64,000 bases of DNA from Lama glama (GCA_028534125.1 CM052817.1:72418001-72482000); one strand, 5' to 3'. Counted from the stretch's first letter, positions 1 to 12,924 are shown. The notes: generated by a model not told the origin, from the sequence alone. Program-made: numbers and translations.

Positions 1-1296
1 GACTGTGTCTGGAACTAAATTGATTTAGAATTAATGAGATAATGTCTGGAAAATACAATCAGTTTCTTTAAAAAAAAAAAAAACAGCAACATTGCCTTTG
101 GCATAAAACAATACAGGAATATATGTGACCCATGTGTTGCCTCCAGTTTTCAGTCTACCAGAGTGGTGAATAGGGTGTTCTTGTTCTATCGTGTTTACAT
201 TTATTCAGTTAAAGTATAGCTCTGAGTGAAGACCACTGACAGTACTGGGTCCTTATTAGCACCTTCCCTTGCTGTCCAAGTGTCCTACAAATATCTCATT
301 ACTCTTCAAAACTATCCAGGCAAGAAACCATACATCTCGTCTCAAAAACAGTTCTTGAAAACAAGAATTTCTCTCCTCCAATAAGATGGTATACTATACG
401 TACATGCACTTAAAATTCTCCCTCTAGTTTTTATTTTGGAGATCTAGTCAGTGAGCAAGTAATTAAAAAACCATCTAAACAAGCCAGGAAGCAACCGCAT
501 GTCAAGAAGGTATTTATGGACGACTCTCCAACATGTTTGTTTTACAAATTAACACTAAACCTTCAAATAATAATAGCTTGGTGTGATTCTCTGTGAAGCA
601 CACATGAAGCTCTAACTGTTGAACCGCATTAAGGGCTCCTTTTTTATTTACCTAATGATACGTTTATCTTATTAGCACAGTAAAAATATTAGTAGCCATC
701 CAGAAATAGAGCTCCGATAAAAGGCAACTTCATTTCGGAGTCACTAACCTATGTTAATACCATTTGGTCAAGATCCTGCAACAGCTGTTAGGATTTCAAC
801 CCCTATAGGTCAGGGAAAGAAGATGGGAAAATCCTTAATAAAATGTTGTTAGAAGCTACAGGTGGGAAATAAAGAAGCTCTTGTGACCTATAATCTTATT
901 CCCTCATAAAGTCACCGAGGAGAGCACAGCAGCTTCTGCAGCTGAAATTAGACAACACACTAGTGGCCTTTCAATCTCAACTTTTACAGCTCGATGTTAT
1001 CATTGTGAGTGAAGAACAAATGAAGGATACAGCAGCTCTGCCCAAGATGTTCTCTCCGGGTTCAATCAGCCCACTCAACCACATGAGTAACTCTGCCTTA
1101 ACAGTATTTTATTCCCGTTTGTAAACAATGTGGGCATCTTGTTGGTCTGTTCATAAACATCAGATTCTCAACGTGTTCTATTTGGGATTTAACTTTTTGC
1201 ACCAAGTACATCTGAAGATAATAATTTCCTTTTAAATATTTAATACTAAGTCAGATCAACTTAATAATGGTAGTTGACGTGAGATCATAAAATCTA

Positions 1297-1343
1297 CCCT
1301 AGGGATCAGCCCCTAGGGATCAGTCCCTACCTTAGGGATCAGT
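1297..1343. repeat. Short tandem repeat, 3 copies of a ~14-bp unit (CCCTAGGGATCAGY)
   Basis: Seen directly: ccctagggatcag at 1297 and 1311, ccttagggatcagt at 1330. Confidence 0.9.
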
Positions 1344-1390
1344 GCTAAGTCCATCCAATATATGGTCCCACCACATTGGCACTTCATGCA

Positions 1391-1411
1391 AAAAAAAAAA
1401 AAAAAAAAAAA
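1391..1411. repeat. Poly-A run (~21 nt)
   Basis: Homopolymer seen directly. Confidence 0.9.
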
Positions 1412-2099
1412 GCCTAAATTTAGGCCACAAGCAAGGGCTTGACCAAGTCAGAGTCCTGGTGATATTTGCGCTCCTTTAGCCGATGCCTCTGTGAGCTCCG
1501 GCCCAAAGAGTGGCAGGCCTTCACTTTGCCCTGCCTTTACAGCCATTGGTAACAGCAGAAATCTGCACCTGCCCACTGCGGGTAACTGGATCTTGAGGGA
1601 TGACTAACTTGTTGCTTCATTTTGCTTAGAAGAGCGTGTGACTTGTATTTCCCTTTGGCCCCAAAGGGAAAAAGACTGCTTGCTAGGAGGTCGCCATTGA
1701 CACAGTGTTCCTTTCTTTTATAAAACTCATGTTTTTCCTCTTTGATTCGGGAAGAATATTTAGCAGAACATAAAATAATAGGGCTGAAAAGAAAAAAAAA
1801 TGTTCCTGTGGGAAAACCAAGAAAACGGTAGAGAGCAACTTTCTATATTTTATTTTTCTCCCCATTTATAGGAAGCATCTCTCTCATTACTACATCACAT
1901 CAAAGTTACACTTTAAAAGCGGCTTGATTAATACTAAAATAGCATTTAAAAAAAATTGGTTCAGACTATCAACTCTAAAATTGCCGCCACAGAATGAGAT
2001 AAAATAAGTTATCGGTGTTTGGAATAATACAGCTTTTTTTTTACACGGATGTATGCATTTTTTCCCTAAAAGTTAACCAGGCAGTAGGGAGACTAGAAG

Positions 2100-3330
2100 T
2101 TAATACTGTTATTCGGGGAAGATAAATTTTATAGATTTAATTTGCGATCAAGCATTTGCATAATATTAAGGTTTGGATTTAACATAAGCCTAAGGTTTGT
2201 CATATGCAATTTCCACTTATTTACAATGTATAGGACAACTTGTTTAAGAATGGCTGGCTCTGTGAGCAGTTTACTTGACAAATTATGTCAAATATTTGCT
2301 TTCCGAAATCCCAAGAATTGGTTGAGTATAATTGTACTTCATGTTGGCAAAAAATAAATAAATAAATACGGGACTAAGAAAGTCCTATCATTAATTTGTC
2401 AGAAAAGCGAGTTGTCATTTCTGAAAATTTAATGTCACTGGAGCTCTATTTCCAATAGCAAAGGAGCACGATTGCTAATAGACTTCAGAGCTTGAAATAA
2501 ATAAATCTTTGGAATCCTGTTGCATCTCTTGGGGTGTGACATTTGACAGTCTTTTATAGCACAGAACGAAACAAGTTTGTGAGCTGGAATTCAATTGTGG
2601 CGTATTGATTCCTTGCATCAGTCATTATTCCCTGCTGATTGACAGCTGAAAATTGGTTACGTTAAGTATTTCATATGTTATATTGGCTGACATTTGCTTG
2701 CCTGCTCCTGTGTCAATATTGTTGTAAAGATCTCCAGCTTTATGAGATAGCAATAGACACTGACTGTGGCTTTTGTGTGATGTTCCAGTGTTTTTCCTGA
2801 CATAATTTAAGACATATTAAAAACCAGCAGCATCTTCCCTCTTGAGAAGCTTAATGCCAATATTATTGTCTTCCAGGGGAAGATCATGTATGCTCATAAT
2901 CGGGTGCTAATTTCCACCCGTACGCTCATGTTTAGGCATTAGGCACTATAACTGTAAAATTGAGCCTTCTTGATTGATTCATGTCAAGCCTCATCTCGGC
3001 TCCTGCAGGGGAAGTCATCCGGCTGACCCTTTTTACACTAAAAGAAGAGATTTGTGTTCCTTTCTTTCACCTGGAACCATCAAATTGACTGAATAATCTG
3101 TAATACATTAGTGCTGACATTTGTTAGGGGAGAATTAAACAAGACACAGTAATCATTCCCTAGAATAAAAATTGTGTTTGATTTCCAGCAGAGTGCTATT
3201 AAAGCAATGACAGAATCCGTCTCTTCCGAGGCAGAAAATCGTGAATATTCTCTGCATTAATGAATCAAGTTAACACATTAATTGCTTACAGGACCTAACT
3301 CTTCACTAAGAGTGTTAAAGGCTTGGGTCT
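2100..3330. promoter_or_regulatory. Putative deeply conserved developmental enhancer (ultraconserved-type element)
   Basis: Repeat-free, CpGs retained. 15 TGACA/TGTCA (MEIS/TALE) cores counted in 2198-3212. Perfect PBX-MEIS/PREP decamer TGATTGACAG at 2636-2645, PBX-HOX-type TGATTGAT at 2971-2978, octamer ATTTGCAT at 2154-2161. From memory it resembles the human ultraconserved block just 3' of LMO4; that assignment is unverified. Confidence 0.75.
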
Positions 3331-5089
3331 GAGGGCTCTAATTTATGGTCAATGTGTATTTGTAATCCAGGTGAGCTTCTTGTAGTAAAAAAAAATTCTT
3401 ACTGTCTTTTTACTTTTGCTAGTCTGAGATATTATATTTCCTGAGATATAAAAAAATTCATCCCCAAATGACCTATCATCTACTCTTCAACTCACCTGAG
3501 AAATACGACAAAAAGATTGAGTGAGCTAAGCATCCAAGTCCTAAATTTGATTCCTGTTTTTATTATGGCACTGAAGTCTGCAATGTCTTTGAATTTAGAT
3601 CAAGAAAAAGTCCTTCCGGCTTGCTCTTCCTGTTCTAAAGCTTGCAGGAATCGTTGTCATTCAGCTTCACTTGAAACTCTTCCTGAACAACTGTCCTTCT
3701 TAGTCCGTGGTCTTCATACAGCACCTGCTGGTCCACCACGACAGTCAACATGAAGGGCCTCACATTACACTCATTAGCGTTCACACTGTGCTCTGTGATG
3801 ACCACAGTGTTTTGTATCTAACTTGTGTAGGACTCATTTTCAAGATGATTCATTTGTAAGTGATTATGTGAGTATGTTTTCCATCATGAGTTCACACTTC
3901 TCAGAAGTACCACTTAAAAATGAACCTTTTCCACTTTTGATTGTATTTGTGGAAGCAGTTGTCAAGTTTGCTAATTGGGGTCATTTCAAAGTGCTGCCAC
4001 GCCTGTACTCCAGACACTCCATGCCGTGTGGAGCAATTTGGGGATGAGAACTGAGCAGCCTTTGCAAAGAACTAATACAGAGAAAACAAAATGCTCCTCT
4101 TCCTTGAAATACTATAAAGGCCTCCAGAAACTGGTTAAAGTTAAGTGGCCGATTCATAAACTAGTAGGAAGCACCTATCAATTTCTACAAAAAATAAACT
4201 CTTAGTCTAAGGGGATGGAATAAATTGGTTTCACTTCATTTAATTTGGCAACTTTAATAGTTTGGTTGTCTCACAGATAGCCTAGATAGCCTATTTCTGT
4301 CCAAGAACTTTCCGGAAAAAACATAAAACATACAGGCTATGCCAAACAACTTGTTAGGAATTAAATCTACTTCCATGAAGACACGAGGCTTGTTCTCAGG
4401 GAGTCCAATCTCTTGGGAGAGAAATGGAAGGACATGCTTACAATAAAATAGGTTCAGTGCTGAAAGGAAAATCTGTACAAAGTGTTCTTTAATATACTGT
4501 TTTTGACCAAACTAGTTTGTACTCCAATTTTATAAACAATAGCACATGCATTCATATTTAGAATCATTTTGCACCTCATGGAGGAAAGCTATAATGCAGA
4601 GGAGAGTGATATATAATTAATGGAATCAGAATCAAATATTTGACAGTTTTTCTAGTGTCCATGAACTTATCGGTTGGCAAAAGCACTTGCTCTAAATGAA
4701 GAACACCCCACCTCTGCAACTCAAGTCCTATAAATGCACTTTTGAGGGACTGAGCTCTTCACTGGCCAATCACCCTCTCTCTTGCAAAGCATGGGGAGCT
4801 CTGAGGAGCTACAAAGACAATTACAAACCAGGTCAAGGTCAAGCTAATCTGTTATCAGGAACTGTAGAACAAGACAAAAGAACACTAAACATGGAACAAG
4901 AAACCAAACTGTTCTGGCCTGAAATTCCTGAGCTGTAAAGGAGTTTGGACTACCTAATTTCTGATGTTATTCCTAAACATAAAATCCAAGAATAATTTAC
5001 TATATAATGTTTAAAGTTGTACAAATAAATCTATTTGGAAAAGAAGGGTATATAAATGCAGTTAAAAACATTTTTGTAAGAAGAATATT

Positions 5090-5420
5090 TGTGATTCATG
5101 TATTAATATACGAGCAAATGAAACATGGCTGACTAATTTACCCGACACTGTCAGGAGTCAAAGGCACAGAAGTCAACAAGACCCAGTCCCTGTCTTGTGC
5201 GTTGAATGGGCAACAGGAGGAGAGCAAGGGAGGCAACCCAGTCCTAAGCCCTATACAAGAAGCATTTACAAACTGCTATGATGCTAGAGCAGCTTACAGG
5301 AAACAGCGATTAATTGCACGGGGAACAGACAAGCGTCAGAGAGTCAGAGGTGAGAGTTTAGCTGGGTAGACATTAAAGAATGTGTGGGACTTTCAACATG
5401 GCCAAAGGGGGACTGAATAT
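5090..5420 (-). mobile_element. LINE L2 fragment (degraded)
   Basis: Resembles antisense L2 3' region (e.g. agtcaacaagacccagtccctgtc); recalled consensus, approximate boundaries. Confidence 0.55.
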
Positions 5421-5439
5421 GAGCGCTCCAAGATAGTCA

Positions 5440-6190
5440 TTACCGGTGAGCATCCCTTCCTGAGAACATGATTCTCTCTAAATAGCTTAAACAAGAAGGA
5501 ATTTAATATAGGATGCTATTTAACTCATAAATCTCTGGGAAGACTGAAAAAAGACTTTCAACTGAGCTTCCTGAAATGACTTCCAGAGTCATGTACAGAG
5601 CCGCACACAAAGGAACTGCTATTTTTTCCTTATAGTCAGGAACTCCCTGGCCAAGGACACACTGTCACTGTCCCTGTTAAGGAAACAGTGCATAAGCCAC
5701 GAAACCAAGAAACTGTTGGCAGGTAAGCTTTACAAGAGCAGCGATCATGGGGTGCTCTGTTCACTGATATGCCAGGGACTTAGAAGAGGGTCTGGAACAT
5801 GACAGGTTTTCAGTAAGCATCTGTTGAATGAACTGAATGAGTGAATGGCTATCTCCACCCGCTCCAGAACAATGCCACGCCCAGTACGATGTACTTTAAC
5901 CACTGGATTCCTGGAGCCTGGCTCTCAATACCAACCAACTTGGTGAGGCACCAGTGCACGGCTAATGCTCAGAAGAGAAACCAAATGCCTTCTCAATACT
6001 GTTTGTTAGCAGATGCAATTGGTCTTCCTGAAGCATGGCGTCTGCCTCACTTTGGCTTTCAATCTCAAGTCCTTGCATTGGGTTGGAGGATCCACATCCA
6101 GGACCTACCATAAAGGGAGCCTGGGAAATAGGGCTTTCCACTTTTTAACCTCGTCAATATAGAAAGAACAGCATGACAAAAGAGGTGACC
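5440..6190 (-). mobile_element. ERVL-MaLR 3' LTR, MLT1M-like, interrupted by an L2 fragment
   Basis: Blocks matching recalled MLT1M antisense consensus: aaggaatttaatataggat, ctgagcttcctgaaatgacttcc, gctccagaacaatgccacg, aagggagcctgggaaatag. Followed directly by gtccatgcctttggctcctaacattcata, typical of the MaLR internal 3' end. Confidence 0.7.
5722..5848 (+). mobile_element. LINE L2 3' end nested in the MaLR LTR
   Basis: gtaagctttacaagagcag...cagtaagcatctgttgaatgaactgaatgagtgaatg, with the L2 (TGAA)n tail. Confidence 0.8.
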
Positions 6191-8630
6191 AGTCCATGCC
6201 TTTGGCTCCTAACATTCATATATCACTTCTTATCAAATAGAAGCTTAGTAACAAGGAGAATAATATTTTCCCACTATCACACAAGTACAACGAATAGAAC
6301 TGAAACTGTCCCATCCCCTCTCAAAGGGTGGACACAAAGTTCTGTCCATTACTGTGTTTATCTCTGATAAGTCTATTCCTTCTAATTGAGTAAGAGTCCT
6401 GTCTTATTATCTTACCATCTAGACATTAAATAATAAACTTAACAATCCTAGTCAGACACTGAATAAAAGAGGGTGTGGAAAGACAAGGAATAAGTGGGAT
6501 TCAAAAATTCAGACACAGAAAATGTGGGGGTCAAGTGAAATTAATGAACAGGCTGGAGTGAACCTGTATTGAAAGTTAGAGAGGGGTTCACCTGCACAAA
6601 CCAAATCTATTCTGGCCCCACTGTGGTTAGGAACCACCTGGGAGTCCATGTCTACTCTGCCTTAAGTATCAACGGGAAGAATTTGTGTCATGTCTCTGAC
6701 TATGACTTTTAGGGCTTTGGCAGTGATTCCAGTCATCCTGATACAGGATACTGGACCAGAGGACATGGGAGATGGAGGGACAAGCCCTCCACCCCAAGCT
6801 TCCTGAGATGGAGCTGCTTGCTGCTTCTTGACTCGGCCTCACCTCTCTGCCCTGCGGATCTCACTCCTTCACACTCACAGAAGATAAGAACTATAGTTCC
6901 GCTCCATCTGAACTCAAGGACTGGGTGGAAGAGGAAAGCCCATGGCCAATCTCATTGCATCTGAAATACTGGTATTGCAGGGAGCTTTGCGTGTGTGTGT
7001 GTTTTCTGTATAAATGTATACACTACAGGTACTGACAATAGTCCTTGTTTCTGTAATGACAATGAATTCAGAGATGGAATCTGGTAAATCCTTTCCTCTA
7101 ATGTCCAGTCCATGTTCCCGCTGCTCTCAGCCATGACACCCAGCTGGTCGTGGTCCTTACAGGGAAGAGTAACACAGACTGTCCTTCCTGCCTGCCTAGG
7201 TCGCTATGTCATATTCCTCGGGTACTAGCCAGGACCCCAGAGGCTCCCCAGAATGGAGACGGCCTCTCCCCTGGCCCATGAGAAGCAGCAGAAGTCTTAA
7301 AGAAAATTCTTAAATTTTTCTTGTCGCTCATCTTTTGATCACCTGGCCATAATGTTAGCCACTGAAGAGTCCCTGGCCACGTCTCCTAGAAAACTGTTGC
7401 TAAACGTTCTGTCTGCTAGGAAGATCTGCCCTTAGAGCCCACTTTTACATACAGCTGTAACGCGGGAACCGTCCACTACCGGGTGGGGAGAGCTATCATC
7501 CTCAGCGACCTGTAAACTGGCAGGCGGCTTCTGTGGGAATTCTCATGAGGCCACAGGTAGCAGGGCAGGGAAGGATGGCGATGCAGCCAAAGAGGTACCA
7601 CATGAGTCTAAGACACCTGCCCTAGCAACTTAGATGTGATTTTAAAAAGTGCTTAAGGTCGGTCTTGTACAAACTCCATCACACTGACAATGGGCTGCTG
7701 CTGGGTGCTTCTAATCCCATGGCTCTGTTACAAGAACAGCCGAGGACACGGGATCCCGTGGTATCTCCGAGCGTTTGATATATTCCAGTAACATGCCAGC
7801 AGAACAATTATAACCACAAAAAGCCTTGCTCCAAAATCTAATGAGCTCAGGCTGTGATTCTGCTCTCCAGCCTTGCCAGAGGCTTCACACATTTCTCTGA
7901 TCTTCTCGCACCACTGTACATGCTGGGCCACAGACCCAAGAGAGGAAGCTGCTTCCACTTTTGCCTGGCTGAGCTGAAGAGTCTTTTCTTTCTCTGGGAC
8001 CTGCTCAAAGTTGGCAGCCTTAAGGAATACTCAGTAAATGGGGTATAAAAACACCCACAAGTAGGGTTTAAATTGCCTCTCAATGTAAAGAAGCCCAACA
8101 AGCATTATGCCTTTTTCTCAGGGCCAGTTGATGCAAAGTCTGGCAAATGTTCTTTTACATTCAAGGAGATTTCCTTCAAGGAGACTGCACACTATTGGAT
8201 CTCCACAAGCTTCACTGGATTTTCAGAGCATGCATCTCTCATCCCCTTGCATGCACAAGTGTCTTATGTAGAAACACAAATCACAGTTATTTCCTGCCTA
8301 CCAGCTCCTATCAGCTCCTCAACCTCAAAAGGATGGACCTGCATAATACCCTAACAATGGTGAGACAACCAGGGTCCCTGTAGAATAAATTCCAACAAAG
8401 AACCAGAAAACTGACATACTAGGGGAATGCAATAGAATCATACTACTGCCACTGAAGAGACGAAAGCAAAGTGCTCTGGAATCCTCTGCTGCTTCTTGTC
8501 AGATAAGTTGTTCCATGCCTGGTGCTGGGGATTGGGCTGATGTGCTTCACTGAAGACAGAACTTCAAGAGCAGCTGTGGACTTGGGGGTAACACTTGACT
8601 GAACTTGTCACAATCCACTGCTTAGCAGAG
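6190..8630 (-). mobile_element. ERV-L/MaLR internal region with degraded pol (reverse transcriptase + RNase H)
   Basis: Hand translation of the minus strand gives colinear ERV-L Pol-like motifs: AVDCDKFSQVLP (~8620), LCWNLFYRDPGCL, PVKLVEIQ*C, KKA*CLLGFF, PIY*VFLKAANFE, SLWQ, FWSKA, LLACYW (in ORF 7728-7958), DSSVANIMAR*S (~7350). Many stops and frameshifts, so non-coding. Confidence 0.85.
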
Positions 8631-9734
8631 GGAATGACAGCGACCTGACAGAACGTGCAGACCTGGGCTAGGAGCTAAAGAAACTGATAATCTAGGAGTA
8701 GAAGGAGGACTCTGAGAACTGACTCTCTGTTTCTCCCCGCCCCGGCCCTTACCACTTTTTAACACAGTTTCAGTCACAATCAGGTGAATGACTAGGATTG
8801 GAGGCCTTTGTTATGAGGTGGGGTACTTATAAGGTATTCAAACAAAGCATGGCCAGTCTTTAGCAGGTGTTACAGTGTTAGATACTGAGGGTTTTTAGAA
8901 TCCTGATAATCTCTCTCTTCCAGTTTGGGGGGTCTCACTCTTTCCCAATAAATGCTGTAAAATTTACAAGAATCTTGGAGAGGTTCGGAATATAACCTAT
9001 ACTGTAACTTAGCAACTCAGAGTCAGACTGGACGATCTATTTAGGCAATTCCAACTAGATACAATAAAGCGATGAACCTCTTAGGACATCCATGGATGAT
9101 CATGGTCTTCTGGTGTCACCTCAATCTGAGAATGTAAAATCCTGCATGCTAACTTCTTCTTTTAACTCACCAGAATATTTAGAAGCAGCTCCCCTAAATC
9201 AGTCTTTGTATTTCCCGCTCTTTCCATGATGGTTGATTGAAGCAGTCATGTGGTATGTGATGTCACGCCCTCAATGAGCACTGTTTTCCAGGCTGCCTTA
9301 GATGGTAATTTTAGTAACTGCTTCATCTGCACAACATGAATCACCTGCCTCTCTTCTTCTAACTGAGATTCAAATCCAACCAGGCATTATGTTTTAGTGT
9401 CTTAGAACTCATGCTTTCACTGAAAACATATATGTCTACTTTCATCAAAAGTAATTACATTAAAGATTTTTAGAAATTGGTATTTTTTAGTTGCTTATTA
9501 TTCTATTTTAGTTGATGGTGTATTTGTTTGCCAAAAGAGTTTATATTTACAATCATGAGGTGTAATCAATTAAATTATACTTTTTAGTGAGGACCTTATA
9601 AAGAGAAAATTTCCTCAGTGTTGAGAGTGAAATGGGAGTGGGTCAGAGAAAAGAAACAGTTGGCAAAGAGACAAGTTATTTCTTTAAGGTTTTACCTTCA
9701 TTGATGTCCTCTTATTCCAATTTTCAGAGATCAT

Positions 9735-9810
9735 ACTCCTGAAAGTGATCTTAAAGCCCATCTCGTCTAACCCTTTAGTTTACAGCAAAAGAAGCTGAGG
9801 TCGCACCCAC
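9735..9810 (-). mobile_element. MIR/MIR3 SINE fragment
   Basis: catctcgtctaaccctttagtttacagcaaaagaagctgagg resembles the antisense MIR core. Confidence 0.6.
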
Positions 9811-9829
9811 AACCCAATTAAACACTTCA

Positions 9830-9975
9830 TTATATACTGTCTATTCTCTAATTGCCTCTTGTATGTATTACATTTCTAACAAGACTGTAAGCTCTTTGAC
9901 AGCAGAGATAATTATCTTCTTTTTTTTATCTCTCTCACAGCTCTTAATACTTGTTGATTAAACGATTGATTTAAT
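9830..9975 (+). mobile_element. LINE L2 3' end
   Basis: agactgtaagctctttgacagcagaga...aatacttgttgattaa. Confidence 0.65.
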
Positions 9976-10489
9976 CAAGGATGCTCTCTTTTTTATCCCT
10001 ATGCTTCCCAGATCACTGGTCAGGTCACAGATTGAAGTACTCATGACAGAAGATATTGTTAGTATGTAAAGAATTCTAGGTCCTTTGGATATAGTGTACT
10101 TGGTTAATAAGGTAACTAAGTAAAGTCAAATGACTCAATAATTAATGGAATAAAAATCAAGAGGAAGGATTACAAAAGGAATTTGTAAATTCGAACAAAG
10201 CATTAGTTTTCCAAGATGGTGACTGTGATACAAATGGACTTTTGTTAACTGTGAAACTGCTAGAAAGTTAGAAAGTCCACTGATTAACAAGTAGAAAATG
10301 TGTGCTTCTAAGCATATGCAAATACAGGAAAAACCTATGAGAGGACCAGACTGCATTGTGTACTTTCTGTAAATTACTGCACACAGGAAATCAGTAGCTT
10401 AAGATTAGACAGGGGATACATACGTTTTAAGTATTTAACAAGAAGTCGTAGAATTATTAAAGGCTATTTCTTCAAAACTGTGGGAACTT

Positions 10490-10620
10490 GTGGTTTACAA
10501 ATGAAAACACTGAGGTACAGAGTATCTAGATGCATTAATGCTTTGTCCAAGTGCATACATTTATTAACTACACTTAGGATTAACCAAATTGGTCATTTTA
10601 ACGCTCTTCCTATGCACTAT
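10490..10620 (-). mobile_element. MIR SINE fragment
   Basis: tttacaaatgaaaacactgaggtacagag...tttgtccaagtgcataca. Confidence 0.65.
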
Positions 10621-12181
10621 GAAACTCATGTAGCTACCCTGTATTTGAGGTAGATGTTTTTATAAACATCGAACAAGGTTTCAGATAGCCACCCTTTGTT
10701 ATATTATTGGTAATTACATACGTGTAAATTTCATTGGCCAGTTTGTGGCACACTGGATGATTTTGTCTTATCCTTTTTAACTTTCGCTATGTTGGGGATA
10801 AAGAATTGCACATAGTAATTGGTCGATAAATGCTTGCTAATTAAAAGAAAAATATTCAGTCACCTCTCCTTAATAAATGTGCTTTTGTTGGCAGAATTCA
10901 ATTCCATCTTCCTCACTACAAACTTGTGCTATCAGCTACTGTAGCACTGAGTTGAGGCTCCATGTAAATGGATCCTTTCCTTGAGCTAAAAGAAAAGGCA
11001 GCAATAGCACACAACTTCTTATACAATTTATTTTACAAGACTTCATCCTAATCTTTCTTACAAGAACTCTTCCAAATTCTAAGACAAATAAAATTATAGT
11101 TAATTAGATGCTTAACTGCTGTTTATTATATTTGTATATTACTTTTGGGTCAAACTTAAACACAGAAGAATTATATGTCTATGTGTGGGGAATAAACTTT
11201 CAGAACAATGGGATCTCTTTTATAAGCAATGCAGATTGTTTTTTTGAACACTTAAAAAAAAGCAGCACATAATTTTAGAATTTAGTGCACGATGTGAGGA
11301 TTATGGGAAGACAGTGGAGGTGGCAACTGACCACATAGCTTTGGATCTTCCTGACTCCCATATGAAAACAGAAAGATTAACTAGAAAGCAATACCAACAA
11401 CACGTGGACAATATATACAAAAAAAACCTAGGTGACAAAGTATCTCTCACAAAACAAAGTAGAAGTGTGAAAGAATGAATTGTCAATAGTTCCAAGATCT
11501 GTGTTGTTAGCAGTGTCTGCAAAGGAGAAAGCAGAGAGAAATCAAGACAGTGTCTGGCAGACCTGGAACAGGAGAAACCCAAATACCCAACAAACAGTTA
11601 ATAACTAGAAATAAATGGAAAGCATAGTGGGCCAGTAAAACTGAAACCGAGTGGGGTTTCCTCTCTTTAATTCTAATAAGTGCAAGAGGTCCAGTCGGAA
11701 GGAGCTGTAGCAGTTTGCCCTGATGAGCTTTTAAAATTGACCTCCCATCACGCCCCAGGACTCCTTTAGAGGAAGGGGCATTGCATTTAAGAGAAAGTGC
11801 CAAGTGGAATCAAAATTGGGCAGAAAAGAACAGCAAAGACACAGGAAAAAGAGAATCCAGGAAAAAGTGAGGTAAGAGAACAGACTTAGGGTATCTCAAA
11901 AAAAAAAAAGCTGCCAAATATTTTAATATTTTAATACAGCAGCATGAAATGGCAGAAGAGGGAGCGCTGTAGAGTTGTACAGTTGGAAATGCCTTGGGAA
12001 CCTATTAGGAAAACTAAATTAATGAGGCCAAATCTCACACAAAGATATGATTTAAAAACAAACAAAAAGGAGAATAAGGCACAAAGTAACCATTCCTATA
12101 GTCAATGAAAATGAAGCTGAAAGATGTTTTTTAAAAAGGTCAAAATTGCAATGTACTATTTCAAACGGAGCTGAAGGAAAC

Positions 12182-12705
12182 TGGCTATCTATTCACAGGT
12201 TACAAACTATCCCAAAATGTAGCAGCTCAAAACAATCATTTCACTCTGCCCATGATTTCATGGGTCAGGAATTTAGGAAGAGCCTTTCAGGACAGTTTGT
12301 CTCTGATCCGTGCGGCACCAGCTAGAGCAGCGGGGCAGGAGGATGCAGTCCCAGGCCAGCGTCTCCAAGCACACAGGCAGCAGGCACCTTGATGTTCTTT
12401 GGTGCTCTTTCCTAAAGGAATCTCATTCTTAAGATCCTGCCTGTGTGACTTGAATTTTTAACAGGCTTCAGGGCAACACGACTTCTTACACAGTGGTTTG
12501 AGGCTCAAAGAGGGCAGGAAGAAAGCCCCCAGTCTTTATGAAAACTGGATCCAGATCTGGTAAGGTGTCACTAATAGGCATGCTCTATTGGTCAAAGCAG
12601 TCACAGACCAGCCTAGAGTAAAGGGAGGGAAAGTAAACCTTACCATCACTCCTAGCATAAACCTGATGAGTGTCAAAGAACTTGTAGCCATCTTTAGTGC
12701 AACAC
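12182..12705 (-). mobile_element. Solo MaLR LTR (MLT1F/G/H-like)
   Basis: caaactatcccaaaatgtagcagctcaaaacaa, gggtcaggaatttaggaag, ctctattggtcaaagcagtcacag, gtcaaagaacttgtagccatcttt...caca. Confidence 0.85.
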
Positions 12706-12924
12706 ATATCTTAAGAAAATAATAAAAGAGATGAAAGCATGCTATAGATCAGCATTAAAAAAACTCAGCAATGAGATGATAAAATGCAAATAGATTTAGA
12801 TATAAATAAGAAGTCTCTTAAGGAATGAAAAATAAGAAGAAACACAAACATTTTGAAAAAATAAATAATGCTTTATGAGAAATTTACAGTTGAAAAGTAC
12901 AATTTTAAAGTTTCTTAAAAAAAG

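Noticed and set aside
1297..1343. CRISPR-like repeat
   Set aside because: Units of ~14 bp with no spacers, no cas genes, mammalian context.
2142..2357. 71-aa ORF within the enhancer-like block
   Set aside because: Non-ATG start, no recognisable protein, no splice context; motif content favours a non-coding role.
7728..8383. Cluster of overlapping ORFs suggesting a gene
   Set aside because: They are fragments or antisense frames of a dead ERV-L pol with many stops and frameshifts.
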